From NCBI GenBank assembly GCA_023267195.1, contig JAHFNT010000005.1, forward strand, positions 80,875-127,152: a stretch of DNA of 46,278 nt, in the 5' to 3' direction. Below the pieces are notes generated by a model that was given only the letters and a program-made list of their open reading frames with translations, was not told where the DNA came from and searched no databases. This stretch comes from Candidatus Nomurabacteria bacterium. GTDB taxonomy: Bacteria > Patescibacteriota > Minisyncoccia > Phycocordibacterales > UBA9973. Numbering within the stretch: the stretch's first letter is position 1; each line of letters begins with the position of its first letter. Shown piece after piece: positions 24,202 to 33,070 of the stretch. The translations under genes and the position numbers were made by a program.

Positions 24202-25680
24202 ATGCCAAACAAATATTACCCCACAATTGGACTTGAAATACACGCAGAGCTAAAGACGCAGACAAAGATGTTTTGCTCGTGCAAGAATGATCCAGATGAA
24301 GAGCGTCCAAATGTGAATATTTGCCCAGTCTGCATGGCACATCCGGGTACTTTGCCTGTGGCAAATAAAAAAGCAATTGAAAATGTGATCAAAGTTGGGC
24401 TGGCGATAGATGGAACAATTGCGGACTTTTCAGAATTTGATCGTAAGAATTATTTTTATCCGGATATTCCCAAGGGTTATCAGATTTCACAGTTTAAATA
24501 TCCAATAGTTTCTGGCGGGCGTTTGGCTGAGATGGATGTTACTCGCATTCATCTAGAAGAAGATACGGCTAACAACAAACACCGAGAGGGAGACACTTCG
24601 GCTTCCTTCGGTAATACTCAGGACAAGTCGCTCAGTGCAGGTTTTTCTTTAGTTGATTTCAATCGTGCTGGGGTGCCTTTGATGGAGCTTGTGACTGAAC
24701 CGCATACTTTTGAAAATGCAGAAGAGACAGCGAAAAAAGCTTCAAGGTTTGCTAAAGAATTGCAGCTGATTCTGTGGTATCTTGGTGTGTCTGAAGCAAA
24801 CATGGAAAAAGGTGAGATGCGCGTGGAAGCAAATATTTCGATTTCCTCTGATCCGAAAAAATTAGGCACAAAAGTCGAAGTTAAAAATTTAAATTCTTTC
24901 AGAAGTGTGGAACGCGCTATAAAATATGAAGTTGATCGAATGACTGCGCTTATGGAAGAAGGAAAAGGGGATGAGATAGTCCAAGAGACTCGAGGCTGGG
25001 ATGAAGGCAAACAGAAAACTTTTTCGCAAAGAAAAAAAGAGGGAAGCGCTGATTATAGATATTTTCCAGACCCAGATTTGCCAAAAATGAAGCTACACGA
25101 GGCTTTTGATTTGGATAAAATGCGAAAAGAATTACCAGAATTACCTATGCAAAAGCGCGCACGCTATCAGAAAGATTTTGGTATTAAAGATGAAGATATC
25201 GAAGTTTATATCAACGATCCTGTCTTGGGTGCTTGGTTTGAGAAAATCGCAACAATTTTGCAAGTTCAAGAGAAAATTAAAACTGCTTCAAACTATATAA
25301 CTTCTGATTATATTGGCATTAAAAAATCTAATCTGGAAGCCAAACTTCCCAGTGAAGAAAATTTTGCTGAATTAATAAATTTAGTCGTAGATAATAAAAT
25401 TTCTTCTCGCGCGGCAAAAGATATTTTGGTAAAAATTTTGATTAAAGATGAATCTCCTCTTAAAATAGCAACAGCAGAAGGATTGCTTCAAACTAGTGAC
25501 ACTAGCCTTCTGAAAGAGATCGCGCAAAAAATCATTGGAGCAAATCAAAAAGTTGTTCTTGATTACAAAGGGGGCAAAGAACAGGCGTTGATGTCTCTGG
25601 TCGGACAAATTATGAAAGAAACAAAAGGCAGTGCCAATCCAGCTGTTGCTAAAGAAATTTTAATTGATTTACTTAAATGA
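24202..25680 (+). CDS. gatB: Asp-tRNA(Asn)/Glu-tRNA(Gln) amidotransferase subunit B
   Basis: PTIGLEIHAEL, CPVCMAHPGTLP, HLEEDT and DFNRAGVPLMELVTEP motifs plus a YqeY-like tail. It has an extra ~15-18 residues between HLEED and LVDFNR relative to the GatB sequences I remember. gatA and gatC are not adjacent. Confidence 0.9.
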   Translation: MPNKYYPTIGLEIHAELKTQTKMFCSCKNDPDEERPNVNICPVCMAHPGTLPVANKKAIENVIKVGLAIDGTIADFSEFDRKNYFYPDIPKGYQISQFKYPIVSGGRLAEMDVTRIHLEEDTANNKHREGDTSASFGNTQDKSLSAGFSLVDFNRAGVPLMELVTEPHTFENAEETAKKASRFAKELQLILWYLGVSEANMEKGEMRVEANISISSDPKKLGTKVEVKNLNSFRSVERAIKYEVDRMTALMEEGKGDEIVQETRGWDEGKQKTFSQRKKEGSADYRYFPDPDLPKMKLHEAFDLDKMRKELPELPMQKRARYQKDFGIKDEDIEVYINDPVLGAWFEKIATILQVQEKIKTASNYITSDYIGIKKSNLEAKLPSEENFAELINLVVDNKISSRAAKDILVKILIKDESPLKIATAEGLLQTSDTSLLKEIAQKIIGANQKVVLDYKGGKEQALMSLVGQIMKETKGSANPAVAKEILIDLLK

Positions 25681-26678
25681 ACAATAATACACTGGTTGAA
25701 ACAATCGCGCGGCTAATAAAATCACCCAAGGGGATTTTGGCGATGGATGAGAGTTTAAATACTTGCAATAGGCGTTTTTCAGATCTCGGGGTGTCACAAA
25801 CCGAAGAAAAAAGAAGAGAATATCGCGAACTTCTAATAACCACGCCTTCGCTTGAAAAGTATATTTCCGGCTGCATTCTTTTTGATGAGACTATCAGGCA
25901 ATCAACCCTCAAAGGCAAGAGTTTCACTTCTGTGTTGACAGAGAAAGGAATTGAGATTGGTATAAAGGTTGATCAAGGTTTAGAAGATTATATTGGGCAT
26001 CCTGCTGAAAAAATTACTAATGGGCTTGAAGGACTCGAAAGAAGATTAAGTGAATATAAAAAATTGGGTGCAACTTTTGCCAAATGGCGGGCAGTTTTTA
26101 AAATAGGAGAAAAGACTCCATCAGATGATTGCATTAGAGAAAATGCTGAATTTTTGGCTCGATATGCTCTATTGTGTCAGACGGAGGACATTGTGCCGAT
26201 TGTCGAGCCAGAAGTTTTAATGGAGGGCGCACATAGTCAAGAAAAATGTTATGAAGTTACGGCGCGCAGCTTGGATGCTGTTTTTTCTGAATTAAAAAAG
26301 TTGGATGTTTTCATGCCGGGGGTGATTTTAAAGACAAATATGGTGCTCGCGGGGAAAGATGCAAAAGAAAAATCTTCCCCAGAAGAGGTAGCGAAAATGA
26401 CTCTGAAATGCCTAACAGAAAGTGTGCCAAGGGATATAGGTGGAATAGTTTTTCTGTCTGGAGGCCAGAGTGACGAAGACGCCACCAAAAATCTAAATGC
26501 TATGCACAATTCCGGTCCTTTGCCATGGCCACTGACATTTTCTTATGCTCGAGCAATTCAAAATCAAGCTCTGAAATATTGGGCAGAAAACCCTGCTGAT
26601 ATAAAAGGGGCCCAGGATCTTTTAATAAACGCCGCCAGGAATAATAGCGAAGCGTCTATAGGGAAATATAAAAAATAA
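25677..26678 (+). CDS. fba: Fructose-bisphosphate aldolase, class I
   Basis: ILAMDES, ILFDETI, KVD, FAKWR and LEG..LK.NMV pattern of class I (Schiff-base) aldolases. Overlaps gatB by ATGA. Confidence 0.8.
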   Translation: MNNNTLVETIARLIKSPKGILAMDESLNTCNRRFSDLGVSQTEEKRREYRELLITTPSLEKYISGCILFDETIRQSTLKGKSFTSVLTEKGIEIGIKVDQGLEDYIGHPAEKITNGLEGLERRLSEYKKLGATFAKWRAVFKIGEKTPSDDCIRENAEFLARYALLCQTEDIVPIVEPEVLMEGAHSQEKCYEVTARSLDAVFSELKKLDVFMPGVILKTNMVLAGKDAKEKSSPEEVAKMTLKCLTESVPRDIGGIVFLSGGQSDEDATKNLNAMHNSGPLPWPLTFSYARAIQNQALKYWAENPADIKGAQDLLINAARNNSEASIGKYKK

Positions 26679-26679
26679 A

Positions 26680-26997
26680 ATGATTTGGATATTTGCAATT
26701 GGGCTGGTAGTTATTTGTGAATTAATTGCTGACATTATTTCTAAAGAGTATTCCCTTAAGGGTTATTGGTATCTTTGGGTTGGCGCTATCGTTGCATATA
26801 TAATTACAAATATTTTTTGGCTTTGGAGTATTAAAAGTGGTTCAGGTCTTGCTCGGGGAGCTCTGATATTTTCTGTTGGTTCAGCTATAGGTGCTTCAAT
26901 AATAGGCATATATTTTTATGGTGAATCAATTAATAAAATACAACTTACCGGAATGGTTTTCGGAATATTATCTTTAATTTTAATTTTTTGGGAATAA
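26680..26997 (+). CDS. Small 4-TM transporter-like protein (SMR/ArnE-like)
   Basis: 105 aa, four hydrophobic helices, with a membrane-embedded Glu in helix 1 (VICELIAD) as in SMR-type proteins. Confidence 0.45.
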   Translation: MIWIFAIGLVVICELIADIISKEYSLKGYWYLWVGAIVAYIITNIFWLWSIKSGSGLARGALIFSVGSAIGASIIGIYFYGESINKIQLTGMVFGILSLILIFWE

Positions 26998-27016
26998 ATA
27001 GTGCTATAATATTTGA

Positions 27017-28744
27017 GTGAAAGAAGAAATTCTAAAATTTTTTAAGGGTGATGCAGACGATAGTGAAGCAACCCTCGTAAAATATTCGCACGATGCGAGC
27101 TTGCTCGAAGTTCGGCCGAAGATTGTGCTTTTCCCAAAAGATTCTGAAGACGTAAAAAATTTAGTTAAGTGGGTGGGGGAAAATAAAATAAAATATCCAA
27201 AACTTTCTATTACTGCCAGATGTGCAGGTACAGATATGTCCGGTGGAGCGATTGGGGAATCTATCATTTTGGATTTCACCCGCTATATGAATAAATTAAT
27301 CGGCGGGCCACTGCCGATGAAAAGTAAAGCAGAATGGGAAATTGCGGTGCAACCCGGCATGTTTTATCGCGATTTTGAAAAAATAACTTTAGCCAAAGGG
27401 CTCATTTTGCCTTGTTACACAGCTTCAAAAAGTTTGAATGCGCTTGGTGGAATGTATGGCAACAATTCAGCCGGTGAGCGAACTTTGAAATATGGAAAAA
27501 TGGAAGATTATATTTTATCGGCCAAAGTAGTTTTCGCTGATGGAAATGAATATGTCGTAAAACCACTCAATCAAGAAGCTTTGGAGAAAAAAATAGCGCA
27601 AAACGATTTCGAGGGAAATGTTTATAAAAATATTTTTAATTTAATAAAAGCTAATGAAGAGGAAATAAAACAAGCCAAACCAAGAGTAAGCAAAAATTCT
27701 GCGGGATATTATCTTTGGAATGTTTTAAGAGATAACTCGCGCCAAAGTGGGGCAAGTATTTTTGATCTAAATAAACTCCTTGTTGGTTCGCAGGGCACCT
27801 TAGGAATAGTAACCGAAATGACCATTAAATTGATACCTGAAAATAAATATTCCAAACTAGTAGTTATCTTTACAAACGATCTAGAACCACTGGGTCGTTT
27901 GGTGGATGAGATTTTGACACATCATCCTGAGTCTCTTGAGACATATGACAATAAGACAATGAAATTAGCGGTTAAATTTTTCCCAGATTTTTTAAAAAAT
28001 AAAGGATTAGTTGGGATGATTAAATTCATGTGGAGTTTTTTTCCTGAGTTTTTCATGTTTCTGACTGGCGGCATCCCAAAATTAATTATTTTGGCAGAAT
28101 TTGCCGGCAGGGATGAAAAAGTAGTGCAAGACAAATGCTTACAATTGGTAGAAAAAATTAAGAATTTCAAATTAAAAGTTCATATTACAGAGTCCACAGC
28201 CGAAGCAAATAAATATTGGGATATCAGAAGAGAAAGTTTTGCCTTGTTGCGAAAGCATGTAAAAGATATGCGCACTGCGCCGTTTATTGATGATATTATT
28301 GTCCGTCCCGAATTTCTACCGAAATTTCTTCCAGAATTAAATAAAATTATCAGTAAATATGATTTAATTTCTACTTTAGCGGGGCATGCGGGAGATGGTA
28401 ATTTTCATGTTATACCACTGATGGATTTCAAGCGAAACGATATAGCCAAGATAGTTACGGAGTTAGGAGAACAGGTTTATGACCTTGTGATTCGATATCA
28501 TGGCTCAATTACTGCAGAACACAATGACGGCCTTATTCGCACGCCATACTTAGAAAAAATGTATGGAAACAGGATAACGAATATATTTAAAAAAATTAAA
28601 GAAATTTTCGACCCGCAAAACATTTTCAACCCCGGCAAAAAAGTTCCAGCCACGGGAGAGGGGATTATATCCACCCAAGCGGGCACAAAAGAATATTTGG
28701 CTTCACATATAGCCCTGGAACATCAGGCTGTTCACAGAGTCTAA
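27017..28744 (+). CDS. FAD-linked oxidase (GlcD/D-lactate dehydrogenase-like)
   Basis: 575 aa with an FAD-binding PCMH-type N-domain (ARCAGTDMSGGA, GSQGTLGIVTE) and a C-terminal oxidase domain (GSITAEHNDG). GTG start at 27017, preceded by TGCTATAAT. Confidence 0.75.
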   Translation: MKEEILKFFKGDADDSEATLVKYSHDASLLEVRPKIVLFPKDSEDVKNLVKWVGENKIKYPKLSITARCAGTDMSGGAIGESIILDFTRYMNKLIGGPLPMKSKAEWEIAVQPGMFYRDFEKITLAKGLILPCYTASKSLNALGGMYGNNSAGERTLKYGKMEDYILSAKVVFADGNEYVVKPLNQEALEKKIAQNDFEGNVYKNIFNLIKANEEEIKQAKPRVSKNSAGYYLWNVLRDNSRQSGASIFDLNKLLVGSQGTLGIVTEMTIKLIPENKYSKLVVIFTNDLEPLGRLVDEILTHHPESLETYDNKTMKLAVKFFPDFLKNKGLVGMIKFMWSFFPEFFMFLTGGIPKLIILAEFAGRDEKVVQDKCLQLVEKIKNFKLKVHITESTAEANKYWDIRRESFALLRKHVKDMRTAPFIDDIIVRPEFLPKFLPELNKIISKYDLISTLAGHAGDGNFHVIPLMDFKRNDIAKIVTELGEQVYDLVIRYHGSITAEHNDGLIRTPYLEKMYGNRITNIFKKIKEIFDPQNIFNPGKKVPATGEGIISTQAGTKEYLASHIALEHQAVHRV

Positions 28745-28781
28745 ATTTGCTTTTATATGCTTTTCATGTATAATCTTTTCT

Positions 28782-29465
28782 ATGTTTGCCATTAAAGCTA
28801 AATCAAGAGATGAAAGTTTAAAACTAAACACATTGCGCAAGGGGGGTGAAATCCCTGCTGTTTTTTATGGGGCTGGGAAAAATGCCACCTCTATTTCAGT
28901 GGGCATGGTTGAATTTAAGAAAGTTTGGCGGGACGCTGGTGAGTCTTCCGCTGTTAAAATTACAACACCAGAAGGGAATATAGATGCCCTTATTCACGAA
29001 GTGCAAGTTGATCCTGTCACCGAGGAACCCATTCATGTGGATTTCTTAGCTATTGACATGAAAAAGAAAATTCGCGTGGATGTTCCGCTTGTTTTCGCGG
29101 GTGTTTCAAATGCTGTGAAGAGTGGTATTGGAAACTTAGTCAAAGTACTACATGAAATTAAAATTGAAGCTTTGCCCAATGATCTTCCACACGATCTCGT
29201 TGTTGATATTTCTAAACTGGAAACACTTAAAGACCAGGTTTTTGTTTCAGATATAAAACTTCCAGCTGGGGTTGTTGTGATTGATAATCCTACTGATGTA
29301 GTTGCCTCGGTAGTAGAACAAGTTGAAGAGAAAGAAGAAGTTGCTGCTCCCGTAGATTTATCTGCAATTGAAGTAGAGAAGAAAGGCAAGAAAGAAGAAG
29401 AAGGTGAGCCTAGCGCTGAACCTGTTGCTGCAGCAGCTAAAGAGGAGAAAGCGGAAAAGAAATAA
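28782..29465 (+). CDS. rplY: 50S ribosomal protein L25/general stress protein Ctc
   Basis: N-terminal LRKGGEIPAVFYG motif, two-domain Ctc length, acidic/lysine-rich tail. Confidence 0.8.
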   Translation: MFAIKAKSRDESLKLNTLRKGGEIPAVFYGAGKNATSISVGMVEFKKVWRDAGESSAVKITTPEGNIDALIHEVQVDPVTEEPIHVDFLAIDMKKKIRVDVPLVFAGVSNAVKSGIGNLVKVLHEIKIEALPNDLPHDLVVDISKLETLKDQVFVSDIKLPAGVVVIDNPTDVVASVVEQVEEKEEVAAPVDLSAIEVEKKGKKEEEGEPSAEPVAAAAKEEKAEKK

Positions 29466-29491
29466 ACATAATTTATGTTATAATAAGAGTT

Positions 29492-30841
29492 ATGGTAAGA
29501 AAGATATTCATAACTTTTTTTGTTTTTGTGTTAATATTTTTAAATTTGGCAAATCAAGTGTTTGCTGATTTTGACTGTTTAACTTTAAACACCTCTTCCA
29601 ATTCTACAGACAGGGCATATTGTGAAAATCAGCTCGCGCAAATAGAAAATCAACTTACGGATCTTTTAAACAAGCAAAAAGAACAGCAGAAACAAACTGG
29701 TACGCTCAAAGGCGATGTAGATTATCTAAATAGCCAAATTAACGCGCTAAAAACTAAAATAAAAGCTCGGGCGCTTGTTATTGCCCAATTGAAAATAAAT
29801 ATCGCAGAAAAGATTAGCACTATCAATTCACTTTCCAGCAAAATTGACCGTGAGCATGAATCTTTGGCACAGCTGCTTCGAAATACCAATGAATTTGACA
29901 ATACTAATTTAGTGAATTTGATTCTCTCAAACAACAGTGTCTCCAATTTTTACAGTGATTTAGAGTCATATAATTCAATCAAACAAGCAGTAAAAAATTC
30001 TATCGATGTTATTAATGGGGTAAAAAAAGAAACCGAAGTTGCCAAGCAAGACCTGGAGAAAAAACAAGATGCGGAAACTGACGCAAAAGCTGAATTAGAA
30101 AGCGCGCAAAAAACTGTCGCTAAATCCGAAGCCGACAAGAAAGAACTTTTAAATATTTCTAAACAAAAAGAAGATGCTTATAAAGAATTAGCGGCGCAAA
30201 AGAAAGCCCAGGCCGATAAAATACGCAGTGCTCTTTTCAGTCTAGCGGGAATCTCGCAAAAAATTGAATTTGGAACAGCGCTTACCTATGCCAATGAAGT
30301 GAATAGTAAGTTAAACGTTGACCCAGCTTTTCTCTTGGCAATTTTGACCCAAGAATCAAATTTGGGTGCAAATGTGGGCCAATGTTATTTAACCAATCCG
30401 GATACAGGTGCTGGGGTGGGGAAAAATACTGGTACACCGTTTTCAAACGTGATGAAGCCAACGCGCGACGTGGCGCCGTTCCTGGAAATAACAAATATGC
30501 TTGGCTTTAATGCATATCAGACAGCAGTTTCTTGTCCTATCCCGGGAGTGGCCGGGTATGGAGGAGCTATGGGTCCAGCGCAGTTTATTCCATCAACTTG
30601 GAAATTATTTGAAGATCGTTTGCAAGCTATTTTAGGATATTTTGCCAATCCTTGGTCGCCCCGCGATGCTTTTATGGCTTCTGGGATGTATTTGAGCGAC
30701 CTTGGGGCCGTAGGCAACAGCGCAAGTTCGCAACAACGCGCGGCTTGCAGATATTATGGTTCTGGAGGATCTTCGTGCACTTATAGTAGAAGTGTTATGA
30801 AATTAAAATCTCAAATACAAGCAAATATCGATTTGCTTTAA
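29492..30841 (+). CDS. Secreted coiled-coil protein with a C-terminal lysozyme-like (transglycosylase-type) domain
   Basis: Signal/TM at the N-terminus, then about 230 aa of heptad-rich sequence, then FLLAILTQESNLG (E-S catalytic-type motif). Confidence 0.5.
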   Translation: MVRKIFITFFVFVLIFLNLANQVFADFDCLTLNTSSNSTDRAYCENQLAQIENQLTDLLNKQKEQQKQTGTLKGDVDYLNSQINALKTKIKARALVIAQLKINIAEKISTINSLSSKIDREHESLAQLLRNTNEFDNTNLVNLILSNNSVSNFYSDLESYNSIKQAVKNSIDVINGVKKETEVAKQDLEKKQDAETDAKAELESAQKTVAKSEADKKELLNISKQKEDAYKELAAQKKAQADKIRSALFSLAGISQKIEFGTALTYANEVNSKLNVDPAFLLAILTQESNLGANVGQCYLTNPDTGAGVGKNTGTPFSNVMKPTRDVAPFLEITNMLGFNAYQTAVSCPIPGVAGYGGAMGPAQFIPSTWKLFEDRLQAILGYFANPWSPRDAFMASGMYLSDLGAVGNSASSQQRAACRYYGSGGSSCTYSRSVMKLKSQIQANIDLL

Positions 30842-30870
30842 TTGAAAACCTGTGATAATCTGGTTGAGCA

Positions 30871-31089
30871 ATGAAAAAGGATATACACCCCAAATATGAT
30901 CTAAATACCAAAGCTACTTGTGCCTGCGGTGCGGTTTTTGTGGTTGGTTCTACTATGCCGTCCATTGCTATGGAAATCTGCAGCAATTGTCACCCGTTCT
31001 ATACAGGCAATGAAAAAATAATGGATACTGCGGGACGCGTGGAAAGATTCAATAAGCGCAAAGCGGCTACTGTTAAAGCTAAAAAATAA
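30871..31089 (+). CDS. rpmE: 50S ribosomal protein L31 (zinc-binding type)
   Basis: MKKDIHPKY start, with a CxC...CSNCHPFYTG cysteine set. Confidence 0.9.
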   Translation: MKKDIHPKYDLNTKATCACGAVFVVGSTMPSIAMEICSNCHPFYTGNEKIMDTAGRVERFNKRKAATVKAKK

Positions 31090-31167
31090 ATTAAAAATAC
31101 TTTTTCTCAGGTCCTTGGAAAAAATCCCCAGACCGTTCAAAAAAGTATTTTTAATTTATTTTATTGT

Positions 31168-32139
31168 ATGAACCTAAATCTCGAAGAATTAAAAAAGGAT
31201 CACCGGACGAACTATCTAGCGACTGCGTTAGAAAAATTAGCGCGCGAGGAGGCGGAGGTCCGGGAAATGCTAGCGAGTGATGAAACTTTGCATGAAATGG
31301 CGGCCAAAGAACTCGCGGTGATTCAGGAAGAAAAAGAGCGGCTTGAGAAACAAGTAGAAGACATTTTAGAAAAAGATAAATCCCTCGACGAGCTCGGGAC
31401 AAATGAAATAGTTTTAGAGGTGCGAGCTGGCGCTGGTGGCGATGAAGCCTCTCTTTTTGCCTGGGAGCTAGCGCACATGTATGAGAAGTTTGCGGAAATG
31501 CAGGGTTGGCAGTGGAAGGTCAATTATGAGTCCAAAAGCGATTTGAACGGCTACAAAGAAGCCTCTTTTGAAATCAAAGGGAAAGATGTTTTTAAAAAGT
31601 TACGTTATGAGACTGGTGTGCATCGAGTACAAAGAATTCCGGCAACAGAAAAAAATGGCCGAGTGCATACTTCTACTGCCTCGGTAGCAGTGTTACCGAT
31701 TCGCAAGAAAATAAATTTTGTAATAAATCCTGCGGACTTTGAAATGGAATATTCGCGTTCTGGCGGCAAAGGCGGACAAAACGTGAATAAAGTAGAGACA
31801 GCTGTGCGCATTATTCACAAACCAACAGGTCTAGATGTGCGATCCACAAATGAGCGCAGCCAGCTGGCCAATCGCGAAAAAGCGATGATGATTTTGACGT
31901 CCAAACTTCAGCAACTAGAAGAAGAAAAAGAAGCTGCGAAACACGCAGGTATTCGCAAAGGACAAATTGGTTCTGGTGATCGCAGTGAAAAAATCCGCAC
32001 CTACAACTTTGCTCAAGATCGAGTCACTGATCACCGTATCAAAAAATCTTGGCACAATCTGCCTAAAATAATGGAAGGAGAAATCGGAGGAATTATTGCT
32101 GATCTTGAATCTGGCGCAGTGGGGGATGAAGAAGAGTAG
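31168..32139 (+). CDS. prfA: Peptide chain release factor 1
   Basis: PAT tripeptide (RIPATEKNGR) specific for RF1, and GGQ (SGGKGGQNVNK). Confidence 0.95.
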   Translation: MNLNLEELKKDHRTNYLATALEKLAREEAEVREMLASDETLHEMAAKELAVIQEEKERLEKQVEDILEKDKSLDELGTNEIVLEVRAGAGGDEASLFAWELAHMYEKFAEMQGWQWKVNYESKSDLNGYKEASFEIKGKDVFKKLRYETGVHRVQRIPATEKNGRVHTSTASVAVLPIRKKINFVINPADFEMEYSRSGGKGGQNVNKVETAVRIIHKPTGLDVRSTNERSQLANREKAMMILTSKLQQLEEEKEAAKHAGIRKGQIGSGDRSEKIRTYNFAQDRVTDHRIKKSWHNLPKIMEGEIGGIIADLESGAVGDEEE

Positions 32140-32291
32140 ACCACATTTCTGGTTTTACTTTCTTTTGCAGTTATGATACTATTCTAGTGTAGGGTCTCAT
32201 TTAGCGAAATCGAGTTTCTACGCTCCGATCTAGGTCGGAGTTTATTAAATAGTTTTTTGTCCCTTTTAGTAAAAAGGGAAGAAGTTAAAGT

Positions 32292-32606
32292 ATGGCTACA
32301 AAGCTATATGTAGGGGGACTCCCTTACAGCACTCAAGAAGATGCCCTTAAAGAGCTCTTCGCACAAGCCGGAACAGTTGTTTCTGCTGTGATTATCATGG
32401 ACAAAATGTCTGGTCGTTCAAAAGGTTTTGGGTTCGTAGAAATGTCTTCGCAAGAAGAGGCGGGGAAAGCAATTTCTATGTTCAATGAACAAGAATTCGA
32501 AGGACGCAAACTGACTGTCAACGAAGCTCGCCCTATGGAAGCTCGTCCACCACGAACAGGTGGTAACGGCGGATACGGCAACGGAGGAGGACGCCGAGAA
32601 TACTAA
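32292..32606 (+). CDS. RRM-type RNA-binding protein with a Gly-rich tail
   Basis: RNP2 LYVGGL and RNP1 KGFGFVEM motifs, with a C-terminal GGNGGYGNGGGRR. Confidence 0.9.
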   Translation: MATKLYVGGLPYSTQEDALKELFAQAGTVVSAVIIMDKMSGRSKGFGFVEMSSQEEAGKAISMFNEQEFEGRKLTVNEARPMEARPPRTGGNGGYGNGGGRREY

Positions 32607-32628
32607 TTCTATTGTCTTTAAAACAGAT

Positions 32629-32654
32629 ACCCCGCGAGAGCGGGGTTTTTGTTT
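32629..32654 (+). terminator. Rho-independent terminator
   Basis: ACCCCGC-GAGA-GCGGGGT followed by TTTTTGTTT. Confidence 0.8.
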
Positions 32655-32661
32655 AGAGAAT

Positions 32662-32690
32662 TTGCCGAAGTTTGTTTTTTCTGTTATATT
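32662..32690 (+). promoter_or_regulatory. Promoter: TTGCCG, 17-nt spacer, extended -10 TGTTATATT
   Basis: -35 at 32662-32667 and TGn plus -10 at 32682-32690, about 25 nt upstream of tRNA-Ile. Confidence 0.55.
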
Positions 32691-32714
32691 TCATATGTTG
32701 TTTTTAAAAATTTT

Positions 32715-32789
32715 GAGCGTGTAGTTCAGTGGTAGAACGCTGTCCTGATAAGACAGAGGTCGATGGTTCGATCCCATCCACGCTCACCA
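32715..32789 (+). tRNA. tRNA-Ile (anticodon GAU), 75 nt with encoded CCA
   Basis: GAGCGTG-TA-GTTC-AGTGGTA-GAAC-G-CTGTC-CTGATAA-GACAG-AGGTC-GATGG-TTCGATC-CCATC-CACGCTC-A-CCA. Confidence 0.85.
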
Positions 32790-32791
32790 AA

Positions 32792-33067
32792 ATGGAAGAA
32801 GAAAAAAATGATTTAAATACGAAAGGTCCATGGTGGAAACCAGGAATGCAAATATTGAGCGAGGTTTCGACTTGGATTGTGGTGCCTATTGTGCTCGCGC
32901 TAATTTTTGGTAAAATGCTAGATGCCTACTATGGAACACGGCCGGTTATTTTTCTAGTGTTCACAGGGGTTGGTTTTTTGGTGACATGTTTTGGTATTTG
33001 GCGAGTTATGAAAAATTATATGCAGAAATTAAAAAACGCAGAAAATAAGGATTCACAAAAGAATTAA
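32792..33067 (+). CDS. AtpZ/AtpI-like small membrane protein preceding the F0 genes
   Basis: The track ORF 32729-33067 overlaps the tRNA. The ATG at 32792 (MEEEKNDLNTKGPWWKPG...) gives a 91-aa two-TM protein in the atpI/atpZ position. Confidence 0.6.
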   Translation: MEEEKNDLNTKGPWWKPGMQILSEVSTWIVVPIVLALIFGKMLDAYYGTRPVIFLVFTGVGFLVTCFGIWRVMKNYMQKLKNAENKDSQKN

Positions 33068-33070
33068 TCT

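Noticed and set aside
32729-32791. The N-terminal extension of track ORF 32729-33067.
   Set aside because: It is encoded by the tRNA-Ile gene itself (MVERCPDKTEVDGSIPSTLTK is a translation of the tRNA). The real start is the ATG at 32792.
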